Positions 54,221 to 64,000 of a stretch of 64,000 nt of DNA are shown here, piece after piece; the stretch's first letter is position 1, and the number at the start of each line of letters is the position of its first letter. The stretch comes from Callorhinchus milii (Eukaryota). The position numbers were made by a program, and so were the translations under genes. Location: contig NW_024704743.1 of assembly GCF_018977255.1 (NCBI RefSeq), positions 94,428,001 through 94,492,000 on the forward strand, in the 5' to 3' direction. The notes beneath the pieces are model-generated. The model was not told the DNA's origin. It saw only the letters and a program-made list of their open reading frames with translations, and did not search any database.

Positions 54221-54828
54221 ATTGTTGGCCAGGATACCAGGAGAAACTCCCTTCTCGAATAGCTTTTACATGATTTTTAACTTATCTCATTTCAACTCAT
54301 TTTAAAAAATATAAATAGTCACTTGATGCGATTATGGGAAGACAGTCAGTCGGGTTGATATTCTGGAAGAATGCAATGAAATAGGCAGAATGTGCTTCAT
54401 TGTCCAAACTGCTTGTGAACTCAGTGGTTCAAGCATTGGTATGCTACATCATTTTTTCAATAATCAAATTGTTTTTTTTAAACAAAGAAATATAAAATGT
54501 TCTAATCTATAAATACAAGTACATCTTAGTTGTCAGAAATCTTGTGCTCACATTTAATTAAATTTTTGCTCCTAATAGACAATACTGCAGTTGAAAATGG
54601 TTCTATTTTTTTCATTATGTAAACAAATTGATACATCTACACAGTACAGGTACTAGTTCTTAATACATTCTACAAATTGCTGACATGCTTTTATTTATAA
54701 AAAACAATTTTATTTTTAATTTGTTTGCTTTCTGAAGTTACAAAAAAGTCGAAAAGTCCTTATATCAAATAAACATTTGTCTCAATTTGATCGACATTCT
54801 GTAAACTGCATTATTTGTTTCTTTTTAC

Positions 54829-54936
54829 ATGTCTTAGTCTTCTGTGGAGGTTAATGTAGTTTCCACGCAGACATTCCTGAAATGTCAGCAGTTCAGGAAT
54901 CAAAACAGAATCCTTTAGAAAAGTATGGATGTTTCT
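54829..54936 (-). pseudogene. Probable pseudo-exon (tail), 108 nt
   Basis: catgtag|...|gtaaaa; open frame RNIHTFLKDSVLIPELLTFQECLRGNYINLHRRLRH. Confidence 0.35.
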
Positions 54937-55002
54937 CTACATGTGAATATTAACAACTTGTGGCACTAAGAAATTACACTAGGAAATGCATCAATTAATT
55001 AC

Positions 55003-55121
55003 TGTTTCATTTAAAATGTTAACTGTAAGATGTTCTGTGGGGATTCGCAACTCAATGCTAAGAACTGGCAGCTGGTCCTCAATATCAATAAGATGGATGA
55101 TGGATAACATCTCAGCAAGGG
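55003..55121 (-). pseudogene. Dynein HC pseudo-exon (tail)
   Basis: ctcacctgcag|...|gtaatt; LAEMLSIIHLIDIEDQLPVLSIELRIPTE resembles DNAH14 INEILNSV...APIFEVNLCLRIPAE. Confidence 0.6.
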
Positions 55122-55752
55122 CTGCAGGTGAGGCAGGGAAAGAGAAAGAAATGTTGATATTATACAGAGCATAGTACTATTTACTTATGTTATTAATGTG
55201 TATCCAATTACAAATCTCCCACCACAATTATCTTTCTCATTTCACATTTTCAGTTCAGATAATCTTAGTTTCTTTTTAAGCATAAATGTTATGCCCTTTG
55301 CATCTTCATGGATTTGAACTTATGAGACAACATGATAAGGCGCTAATATCAAATGCAAGGATTATTAATATTACGTTTTAATAGAAACATGCATCGATGT
55401 ACAGCTTTTGAAATTGAATTTTTTAACAAATGATAATTTAGCCAAAAAAGAATATTTTAAAATGAATACTAATCTTTGCATTTGATATAGCGGCTTATGC
55501 TGATGACACGTCTCAAAGCACTTGATAGAATATACTATAAAGTGATGTGGCAGTGTGTATTTTGTGGGCTAAAGTGGGTGGGGGTTGGGGGTTGCTGGCA
55601 TTAAAACCAGGACAGTTACTTATCAGATTCCATACACAAAGGTTTGCAGTCTTCAAAAACCAAGAGAATGACATTGCCTCTGACATTGACATTGCCTCTT
55701 CAACTCAAGTGCCTGAACATTATTTATAAGGACTCAGGACTCTTAGCTTTAC

Positions 55753-55916
55753 TTTTTCCTCTAATTTGTTCCTCTGATTATCAACCATTGCTTGCTGACA
55801 ACAACCTGTAGATTCCTCGGATAACCAGATCAAGGGGGTGGCCGTGGATGTGTGTGGGGAAGTTGATGTGAAATCACACACATGCACTTTTTCCAGTCCG
55901 TAATCCTGAGAGTATT
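55753..55916 (-). pseudogene. Probable pseudo-exon (tail)
   Basis: Open frame YSQDYGLEKVHVCDFTSTSPHT...NKLEEK ending at gtaaag; collinear position. Confidence 0.4.
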
Positions 55917-58019
55917 CTGTAACATTTTCAGGTGAGGTACACAAACACAGCACAGGTTAGGTGGCAAAGTTGGGCTGTATCAGTCCTATATGGCACCCTC
56001 AGCAGAATACTTACCCACTGAGCAATTGGAGGTTGCTCACTGTAGTTTAACTGACGCAAGCCTACATTCTGTGTTTCCCAAGCATTTTTTTGGAAAAAAA
56101 TTATAATTCAAATCTCAGTAAGTTACGCCAGTTCTTAAACTTTGTGGGAAAGAAAAAATAAAAAAAGAAACAATTAAACAATTTTAGGTTTACATTAAAA
56201 AAAATTAAATTAAATTCTCAAGTTAAAAAAAGACTAATACAGAAAACAAGATATCAAACTGTTAGAAAAGAAAAGGGATTTCCTGATAAATCGTTGGAAA
56301 TGAGCCATTTTCCCACCCCCCACCGCCCGCGCACACAGTCACATACTCAGCGTCACGCACATCCACCTTCGGTGTCAGAATCAGAAGAGATGTTAAAATC
56401 ATCTCCTACACAAATGCAGCTCTAAGGCAAAAAGTCATTTCACATTTCCCTATTAGGTTTAATAACACGCAAACTAACTACCTATATGCAAATCACAGGC
56501 TTACGAAAATAGGAGTCCTAAGTATTCAATATTTAAACATATTGTTTGCAACTTTGAAAAGACATGGGGTAAAAATTCCTTTCAGCATTGTATATAGCAT
56601 TTTTGGCAATGTAGAAGTGCAATACAGAAATCCCATTATAATAATGTTATTAAAGTTACCAACCTTGATGGTGTGCCTTTATAAAGGGATAAACTTAATA
56701 ACTTTACCAACCAGCAGGATTTCAACCCCTACATATTATTACACAATAAAACTTATAACTTGTAGTAGTTACAGAAAATCAACAACATTAGAAAATCACT
56801 GCAAATTATTATATCTATTTCATGAAGGCTTGAATTATTTATAGATATGAAAATATTAACTGAAACTTCAGCAGATGAGATCTTTTGTTGGTTAGCTGAG
56901 TGTCTGCCGCATGGGGAAACCATGCTTAACAGTATCCAAATCAGATAGAATTCCACATATATATGTCACTTAAACATAGAAAGTTTCCTGGGCCTGTAAC
57001 TATAATACACACTCTCTCCCATCTTACCTAATTTTGAACAGTATTAGGTGCAGGTTGACAAGACCCAAGGCTTAGGAACTTCTTAGTGAATGTTGGGATA
57101 CCGCTGGAGTTCACCCAGCTAAAACCATACAGCTTGCCACTGATAGCACTCTCTGGCAAGCTTTGGCTGCTCGTCCAGCTGGAACAACCCTATCCTTCAG
57201 GGTTTTTGCTTGTAGGATTAACAGGAGCTGAGTGGGAAGAATCCCTGCCCTTGGTCACTGGTCTGCCCTTCCAAGTTCTGCCGATGAGCCAGGCTGGCTG
57301 TGCTGTCATCAGCAGTGCCCTGGCTTACTGTGGACCTGCCTGACTCAGGAACTAGACTACTGAGACCACCACAGAGGATTGCCTCGATTTTGATATCCCA
57401 TTGCCTAACATTTCCCCTTGGAGCCATCTTAGCTCCAGGGAGACCCCACTTGCCTCTCTCCTTTCACCCAAGGAAGGCAAAGCACATGAGAAAGATGGCA
57501 AAGGGCTAACCCAGCCATTCTTACCACGGAAGCCTATGAAATAGACAATGTGGATCTTTTTGAATTACTAAATAAATCATGAAAATAGATTTCAGTTTAT
57601 GAATTCATAAAACATTTCTACATTCCATGAACATAAAAAAATCATCACAAGTTTCTTGGAACATTTAGCCCAACTTACGATTTGGAGCCATATATTAAAA
57701 GCAAACTACAACCTTGCATAATAATTCATGTTAACGTCACATTACAAAGGACAGTGTATTGTTAGGCATTAGTCTTTGAGGGTTTATTAATCTATGGGGG
57801 CCAAATAAAGATTTTACACTGAGGGAGGAACACATGTTTAGATCAGTAATTACTGCAACTGTAGTCAAATAACTCACTTGCACACCAATACAAGGGGAGA
57901 TGAACCTTCTAAAAAAGGTAGAAACCGCTACACAATATATAATTTGAATTTTCTGAGATTAGAATTTGAATGATTTTCATATTCATAACTGGATAAAAAG
58001 GAGCATCTTCCTCCTTGGA

Positions 58020-58290
58020 AGGGGAGATATACAGAGTGTGAATGATTGAGTGAAAGAGTAAAGGTGAAGTAGAAGGGAAAGCGCAAGTAAGACTGTGTGA
58101 GAGACGAGAGAGGGAAAGACTCATAGGAAACAACAGGCAAACAAAGTGACGGACACAAAGGCAGAGTGAGAGACACACAGAGAGAACACACCCACAGGTA
58201 AACAGAATAGAGATAGAAAAGTGGCTGGAGATGGAAAGTGAAGGAGAGAAAATCAGAAAGAGTTCACAAAGACAAACAGGAGACAGAGTC
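58020..58290 (+). repeat. Purine-rich (GA) low-complexity tract
   Basis: Composition seen directly. Confidence 0.7.
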
Positions 58291-58424
58291 TCATTCACAA
58301 ACATAAAATATACTTACACAGCTCACTCCTGTAGACCCTCACACCCAGGCAAGCCATCAACCCAGGTGTATAGTTCAACATCTGAATTCAGTCTTTTTTT
58401 TAAAAAGATGAGAATTAACTCCAC

Positions 58425-58523
58425 TTAGAAATAGCTGTCCTGTCCCAATGGCACTGTCATTAAATGCATAACATTTTAACACTGAGTCATACAAAGCAGG
58501 AACATCCCAGTTTGATCCATGGG
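58425..58523 (-). pseudogene. Probable pseudo-exon (tail)
   Basis: ttcataacag acceptor; open frame HGSNWDVPALYDSVLKCYAFNDSAIGTGQLFL; no clear motif match. Confidence 0.35.
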
Positions 58524-58578
58524 CTGTTATGAAATAGAAAAATGGTACTACAAACAGAATAAGAGTACAATAATTTAC

Positions 58579-58764
58579 TTGGAGTTCTATTGTTAACGCT
58601 ATTGAATGGCAGTACCAGTGGGTGAAGACGATTATCAAACTGATCTGTGACACTTTCCCTCTGCTGAACAATTAGTCGGCAATCACATTCAATACCATTC
58701 GGGTAAGGTAGTCACTTGAAATAAGTGGTTTTTCCATGGCCCTAGCACCACGCCTTAACACAAG
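58579..58764 (-). pseudogene. Dynein HC pseudo-exon, N-terminal tail
   Basis: Polypyrimidine tract + gaag acceptor, donor gtaaat; VIAD*LF, then after a frameshift ESVTDQFDNRLHPLVLPFNS, resembles DNAH14 LVDYIFQELIRQLMNTAVTLLLELFNGS. Confidence 0.6.
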
Positions 58765-59119
58765 CTTCAAAAGGGAGAAGCAAAATGAAAAATATACAGA
58801 GAAAACCTCAGTTGTTGTCATTCCTCCATAAGCTTTATTACTGCTTCAGAATTCAATTGTTTGCCTCTACCTCATTATGTTCCATCCAGTGACAATGATG
58901 TAGTAAATAATTTCACAGGTTTCAACATGGGACTGTGTTCTTAACTTTTCTACCCAGTGGTGTATCCATTTCAGTAACGTTGTCCAATTTATAGATTTTG
59001 GTACATATTTTATACTCATTCCAACATCTGATTGAAATCAATATGTAATGCCCTAAGAACTGAATGGACCTTTATATCCACATCCATTAAGATTACTTTT
59101 GGTATTTTGAAATAAGACA

Positions 59120-59460
59120 CCATCATTCTTGACAACAGTCTAACTGTGTAATCATGGCTCTCTCTGTCTCCTCATTCTTCTTGATCCTTCTGCTGCCTTC
59201 GACACAGTTGAGCATTTCATCCTTCTCTCCTGTTTTACCTCTTTGCTCCACCTTCACAATTCTGTCCAATGCTGATTTCAGTCTTATCTATCCTAGTGAC
59301 TTCACTTTGTTTCATTTAATAGCTTCGCCTCTCGTGCCCACACCATCACATGCGAGGTTCTTCAGGCCTCTATCCTCTCTGTCACCAATAATATGCTCCC
59401 ACTTATCATAGGTGGAATCTAATGTCGATTGCAAACACCAGTACGGTCTGGCTTGTTTCG
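59120..59460 (+). mobile_element. Old L2 RT fragment
   Basis: LILLDPSAAFDTVEH motif at ~59170-59215. Confidence 0.7.
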
Positions 59461-59487
59461 ACTCTGTAGATTCTAGGTTATTCAATG

Positions 59488-59814
59488 TAATAATAATAAT
59501 AATAATCCTTGCATTTGATATAGCGCTTTTCACGTCGGGAGGACGTCCCAAAGCGCTTCACAGAACACACTGTAAAGTGAATTGACTGTATATTTGTGGG
59601 CGAACGCGGCAGCCAATTGCGTACAGCAATGTCCCACAAACAGTCGTAGATTGAAAATGACCAATTTATTATTGTTTTTGGTTTTGGAGGGATTATTATT
59701 AGGCGTGTGGAGTAAGGAAACTTGCACAAGGTTTCGCCCTGACTGCCTGGAATTGAACTCAGGTCTCTCGCTTGCAAAGCGAGTGCTCTAACCACTGAGC
59801 TACAGGACTCCACA
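59488..59814 (-). mobile_element. tRNA-Ala-derived SINE, young short subfamily
   Basis: Reverse-complement full-length copy. Confidence 0.92.
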
Positions 59815-59846
59815 AATCTATTTAATGCCAACTACACCATGTATAC

Positions 59847-60029
59847 CAATACTGTGTCTTGTTTGCCCAGGCATCCTTTATATAGTCAATACATTGTTTC
59901 ATGACATCAACACACAAAGTCAAAGGGAGGTTACAAGATTGTAGATAAAGGAAGATAAGTTGGATATCAGAGATTACAAAGCATATTATCTCACCAAAAC
60001 TGTACAATCTCTCCATTTAGAATTATAAA
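59847..60029 (-). pseudogene. Dynein HC pseudo-exon, N-terminal tail
   Basis: ORF 59822-60016 ERLYSFGEIICF resembles DNAH14 SRTYSLDEFC. Confidence 0.55.
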
Positions 60030-60984
60030 CTTTCAGAGAGATGAGCTTCTACATATCAAAAAGCAGAGCTGTGATTTGGAGGAAGAAACATGCACTCAGC
60101 ACCCTTTCCCTCTATGTGTTAGTGTAATACACTTACTAGTAATTGGGAGTCCACACCCTTGACTAGTTTTTGTATCCATCTCTTATCTTTGGACACTGAT
60201 GCTAACTTTAGCCCCATCTGTCCCCTCTTCTGTGATCAGCTGCGTTAACTCTAAGAGTTTGATCCAAGTTGACTATGGGACTACAGTAAGTTGAGGAAGC
60301 CAACTGAAAAGGTTTACATCAATCATAATACGGCTGGGGCACAAGTTATTTTAGTATTTTGTTCATAGACAAAAGATAACTTTAATTAATGCCATAATCA
60401 ATGGAAAATAAGCTTTGAAAAAGACTATTAACTTGCAGATTTGTTATAACCTCAATAGTAAATACTGTATATTCTGTGCAAATGGCAGTCACTCAAGCTT
60501 GGGATTTACAACATGCATGGATTAATAAACTGCTATTTAAATTTTTTTTACAAGATAAGGCCTGCCAAAAATATTTAAACTTGGAAAAGGGTTAACCATA
60601 AAAATAAATTTTCCCAGGACCAATAAGTATATTTGGATGTTTCTCCACTGAGCAAGCCAGATTTGCTGTCATGTTAATATATAAATATTTTGAATGTTCA
60701 GTTTGGAAGTTTCTCTCTAATCAGGAACAGAATGTAATGAATTCCAAAAATAATAAATGATAATAATAACCAAATAATAATCCTTGCATTTGATTTAGAG
60801 CCTTATCACGTCTTCGAGACTTCTCAAAGCGCTTCACAGAATATACTGTAAAGTGAATTGACCCTATATTTTATGGGCGAAACACGGCAGCCAATTGTGC
60901 ACAGAAGTGTGCCACAAACAGTCGGGGATTGAGTGAGCAAATTGTTATTATTTTTTTGAAGGGATATAAAAAATAACGTAGTAC

Positions 60985-61118
60985 ATATTGAGAAAGCATA
61001 GTTTATTGGTGGGATTCATGTCTGCATCCATGATTCTCTATGTTACATCGGTCTTCATAAATCTTGCTCATTTTAGCAGTGATAGAGGCCCTTGAGCAGG
61101 TTGCCGTTCCCCTCTTCT
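60985..61118 (-). pseudogene. Dynein HC pseudo-exon, N-terminal tail
   Basis: ttctccag acceptor; KIYEDRCNIENHGCRHE resembles DNAH14 GLCEDAINLKNYNDHE. Confidence 0.55.
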
Positions 61119-61169
61119 CTGGAGAAGGTGCATGGCAAAGGAAGAACCAAAAAATTATAATAACAATTT

Positions 61170-61595
61170 TAATAATAATACTCCTTACCTTTGATATAGT
61201 GCCTTTCCTGCCAGGAGCATGTCTCAAAGCACTTCACAGGATGTACTGGATTTTGTAATGTAAGCAAATGAGGCAACCAATTTGCATACAACAATATCCT
61301 ACAAACAACCATGAAGTGAATGACCAATTTTATCTGGGAGACCATTGGCCAGGACATTAGAAGAAACTCCCTTTTACATTTCAAATAATACCACAGAATC
61401 GTTAATATCCACCGGAACAGACAGACAGAATCTTGCTTTAACGTCTCATCTGAAGGACGATATCTCCAACAATGCAGCACACCCCTGAACTTCATTGGAT
61501 TGCCAGCCTAGACCTTATGAGTTCCAAGTCTCAATGTGTGGCTCAAACCCACAACCTTCTGACTGAGAGGTGAGAGTGCTACCACCTGATTCAGG
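61170..61595 (-). mobile_element. Old Deu-domain SINE
   Basis: Near full-length diverged copy of the 40290 family. Confidence 0.7.
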
Positions 61596-62530
61596 CCCAC
61601 AGACAGGCTGATAGAGAAGTTAACTTTACAAAATTATAAATCTGCTGCTAAATTTAATCTAGATGTACATGCTTGTTGTCCAAAATTCTTTGCTCTTAAC
61701 CTTAAGACTTAAAATTGTACAGAATTTTGGAAAATTCTTAAATTCAGTTTTAATTCTCTACAGTTCTTTTCTGTGTTAGAAATCTTAAGTTAATTGCGCA
61801 AACCTTCAAATATACCTTTTACTGAATTCCTGAACTAAGCATAACTTGTCATTAACATTATGTGTAAAATTCAAACTTTGTGATTTTTTTTAAATTCAAA
61901 CTTTGTGATTTTTAAAAAAATACAGATTCTAAATCAACTAAAATAACAACTCTACCTAACATCACTCACTCCAGTCAATGTATGAATCCAGGTCAAATGA
62001 CATAAACGATACTATTCCATTCCATTCTGGGGCAAAAAGCTTAGCACTTAGTTAGTGATGATGATCCAAATCTTTCTTACCATCCCTAAGGCATGCTGAC
62101 TAGGAGAAGTCATAACAAACCAAATGCCACATAAGGAATGTGAAAACAACATGGAGTAGAGAATTCCCACTGGGACTAATCCACAAAAATGGGACGACCA
62201 TCTTGGCAAAAGTAGCAGTGAACTACAGAAGCTCTAAGTGTATTGGAGGGAATTCAGTAGACTTTAAAAGGCCATCACCTAGTCCACACAGCCTTCTGTG
62301 TTCCCCTACAAAATGCAGTCGTAACACTTTACAGTATATCCTGGGAACAAGTGCTTTCAATAGTCCTCTAAATCTTTCAAAACTCTTAACAGGATATACT
62401 ATAAAATAAAGGCCCATATCAAACAAAAGAATTGTTAAAAGATATTCAAGGGTTATATAAAAGATATTCAATATTATTAAATATGGAACAGGCTTGGAGT
62501 TCAGCCTGTATCTGACAGGCTTAGAGTTCA

Positions 62531-62858
62531 TAATAATAATCCTTGCATTTGATATAGCGCCTTATCACATCTTCGAGATGTCTCAAAGTGGCTGTAAAGA
62601 ATAGACTCAAATAAACTATAAAGTGAATCAACTATATATTATGTAGGCGAAACATGGCAGCTAATTGCACACAGCAGTGTCCCACAAAGAATCGTGGATT
62701 GAGTGACCACATTTTTTTTATATAAAGGGATTATTACCCAGGAAAAGCAATCCGCCAATTGACTAACAACCAGGTTCCTACTTACTGCTGGTAAACAAAG
62801 TCGTGTGGAGTTAGAAAACTTGTCATCGTTTCGCCCTGCCAGGAATCGAACCCAAGCC
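62531..62858 (-). mobile_element. tRNA-derived SINE, long subfamily, 5'-truncated
   Basis: B box, central segment and tail present; further 3'-only copies at ~17120, 17785, 25341, 27355, 29782 and 60770. Confidence 0.85.
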
Positions 62859-63035
62859 TGACAGGCCTGGATTTCGGCCTGTATCTGACAGGCCTGGAGT
62901 TCAGCCAGCCCATAGCCAAGACGAAAATAGCAGACGGGGCCTTTCAGATTGTGACTCAAGAGTCACAGAGAAAAAAAATGCCCCATTGGGGAGGGTCTGC
63001 TATGCCTTCAGAAGCAGAAGCAAAGACCTGCTTAC

Positions 63036-63175
63036 CTTGCAGCATTGCTATCCTGCTGTTAAAGGCAAGCTGATGCAGTTAATTAACTTTTTTTCGATTG
63101 TATTTTCCCAAACTCCAAGGAACTTACATTTTAAAAACCCCCATCCCACATTATCCAAAGGCCATTTTGGTCAAA
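63036..63175 (-). pseudogene. Dynein HC pseudo-exon, N-terminal tail
   Basis: tttttag|...|gtaagc; LTKMAFG*...PWSLGKYNRKKVN*LHQLAFNSRIAMLQ; collinear position. Confidence 0.45.
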
Positions 63176-63523
63176 CTAAAAATAACTGACACCTGCTGTT
63201 CAGGTCACACTGACCAATAGCCATAAAAGTCCTCAGGAACCAGAAAATATGGTCATCACCAGCCTAACAGATAATAATCCATCCATTTGATATACTGCCT
63301 TTCACGATAGGCAGACATCCCAAAGCGCTTCAAAGGATTTACTGTAAAGTATTGTGACAGTGTATTTTGCAGGCAAACAAATGTTTGCACATGCCAAGTT
63401 TCATACTTTTAAATAGAATCAACATAAGTTTGGCTCAGTTAGTGTCTTGACAAAGGGTGGGGGGTGGTGTGGTGGGTGGGGGGGGTCTCTTCTGGAATTC
63501 TTTATTCCCCAAAAAGTACTCAC

Positions 63524-63633
63524 TGAACAAGAATGAATCGTCGTCGTTGGTTGAACAGCCTGTTGACATCCACTGTCAAGACTTGTAAATAATCATGAAA
63601 ACGTCCTTTTTGGCTTTGATATCAGCCAACTAC
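63524..63633 (-). pseudogene. Dynein HC pseudo-exon, N-terminal tail
   Basis: Donor gtgagt; LQVLTVDVNRLFNQRRRFILV resembles DNAH14 ELIPTLEWLSERRHYYLL; one TGA. Confidence 0.55.
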
Positions 63634-63698
63634 CTTGCCATTATAGAATCAAGCAGAAGGGAGGGGAGGAAAAAAAGGTAATATGAGGGAAAAAATAC

Positions 63699-63827
63699 CC
63701 GAGCACACTTGCTGCATCTTCTATATAAATCAGCTTGTAATAAGTCTGTGGAGCAAAATTAAGAGGTTCAGGTAATGTCATTAACCACAAGAACAAAGCT
63801 CAAGCTGTTCATGACATCATTCAAAAC
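63699..63827 (-). pseudogene. Dynein HC pseudo-exon, N-terminal tail
   Basis: ttcttag|...|gtatt; VLNDVMNSLSFVLVVNDIT*TS*FCSTDLLQAD resembles DNAH14 EFVYCL...LYNPYDLQVV. Confidence 0.5.
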
Positions 63828-64000
63828 CTAAGAATACAGGAAAACCTTGAGAGCTAACCAGACCATCTTAAACACAATAAGGTGAAAAACATACAAAAAA
63901 TACAGTAATAAGCCATTGAATAGGATATTTATCTAATTCATAAATAGGATGGTTATTTGGTTCCACTCCCCTTTAAGGAATTCCATATTCAATGGTTTAA

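Larger units (their letters stand above)
1..63827 (-). pseudogene. DNAH14: Unprocessed (intron-containing) pseudogene of an axonemal dynein heavy chain, DNAH14-like (DNAH6/DNAH14 group); partial, extends past both window ends
   Basis: Manual minus-strand translation gives about 35 exon-like blocks whose peptides match dynein heavy chain motifs in the correct order (tail, linker, AAA1, AAA2, AAA3), with many in-frame stops and frameshifts. Family assignment is strong; exact orthology to DNAH14 is less certain and rests on recalled sequences. Confidence 0.8.

Noticed and set aside
58612..58702. Plus-strand exon ending at gtaagg
   Set aside because: Stops in all three frames; the region is better explained by the minus-strand dynein pseudo-exon.
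61867..61915. ~25 bp direct duplication aaattcaaactttgtgattttt
   Set aside because: Simple local slippage duplication with no further structure.
1..63827. Functional dynein gene using stop readthrough, selenocysteine or RNA editing
   Set aside because: All three stop types plus many frameshifts occur across exons; ordinary decay is the simpler explanation.

Overview
Repeat-rich vertebrate genomic DNA. The SINE, L2, CR1 and Penelope complement suggests a cartilaginous fish, probably a holocephalan such as elephant shark (inference). No intact host protein-coding gene, rRNA, true tRNA or CRISPR array is supported. The main hidden feature is a heavily decayed, multi-exon axonemal dynein heavy chain pseudogene on the minus strand, most similar to DNAH14/DNAH6. 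About 35 exon relics, many with recognisable AG/GT splice sites, run collinearly from the N-terminal tail (~63.8 kb) through the linker (~18-12 kb) and AAA1 (~11-9 kb), AAA2 (~9-2.4 kb) and AAA3 (<2.3 kb). The gene continues beyond both window edges. Most exons carry stops and frameshifts, so the ORF track shows only fragments. Protein comparisons are by eye against dynein sequences recalled from memory and need tblastn/HMM confirmation; exon boundaries are approximate. The introns are filled with tRNA-Ala-derived SINEs, older Deu-domain SINEs, L2 and CR1 LINE fragments, Penelope-like termini with decayed hammerhead motifs, and palindromic MITE-like elements.
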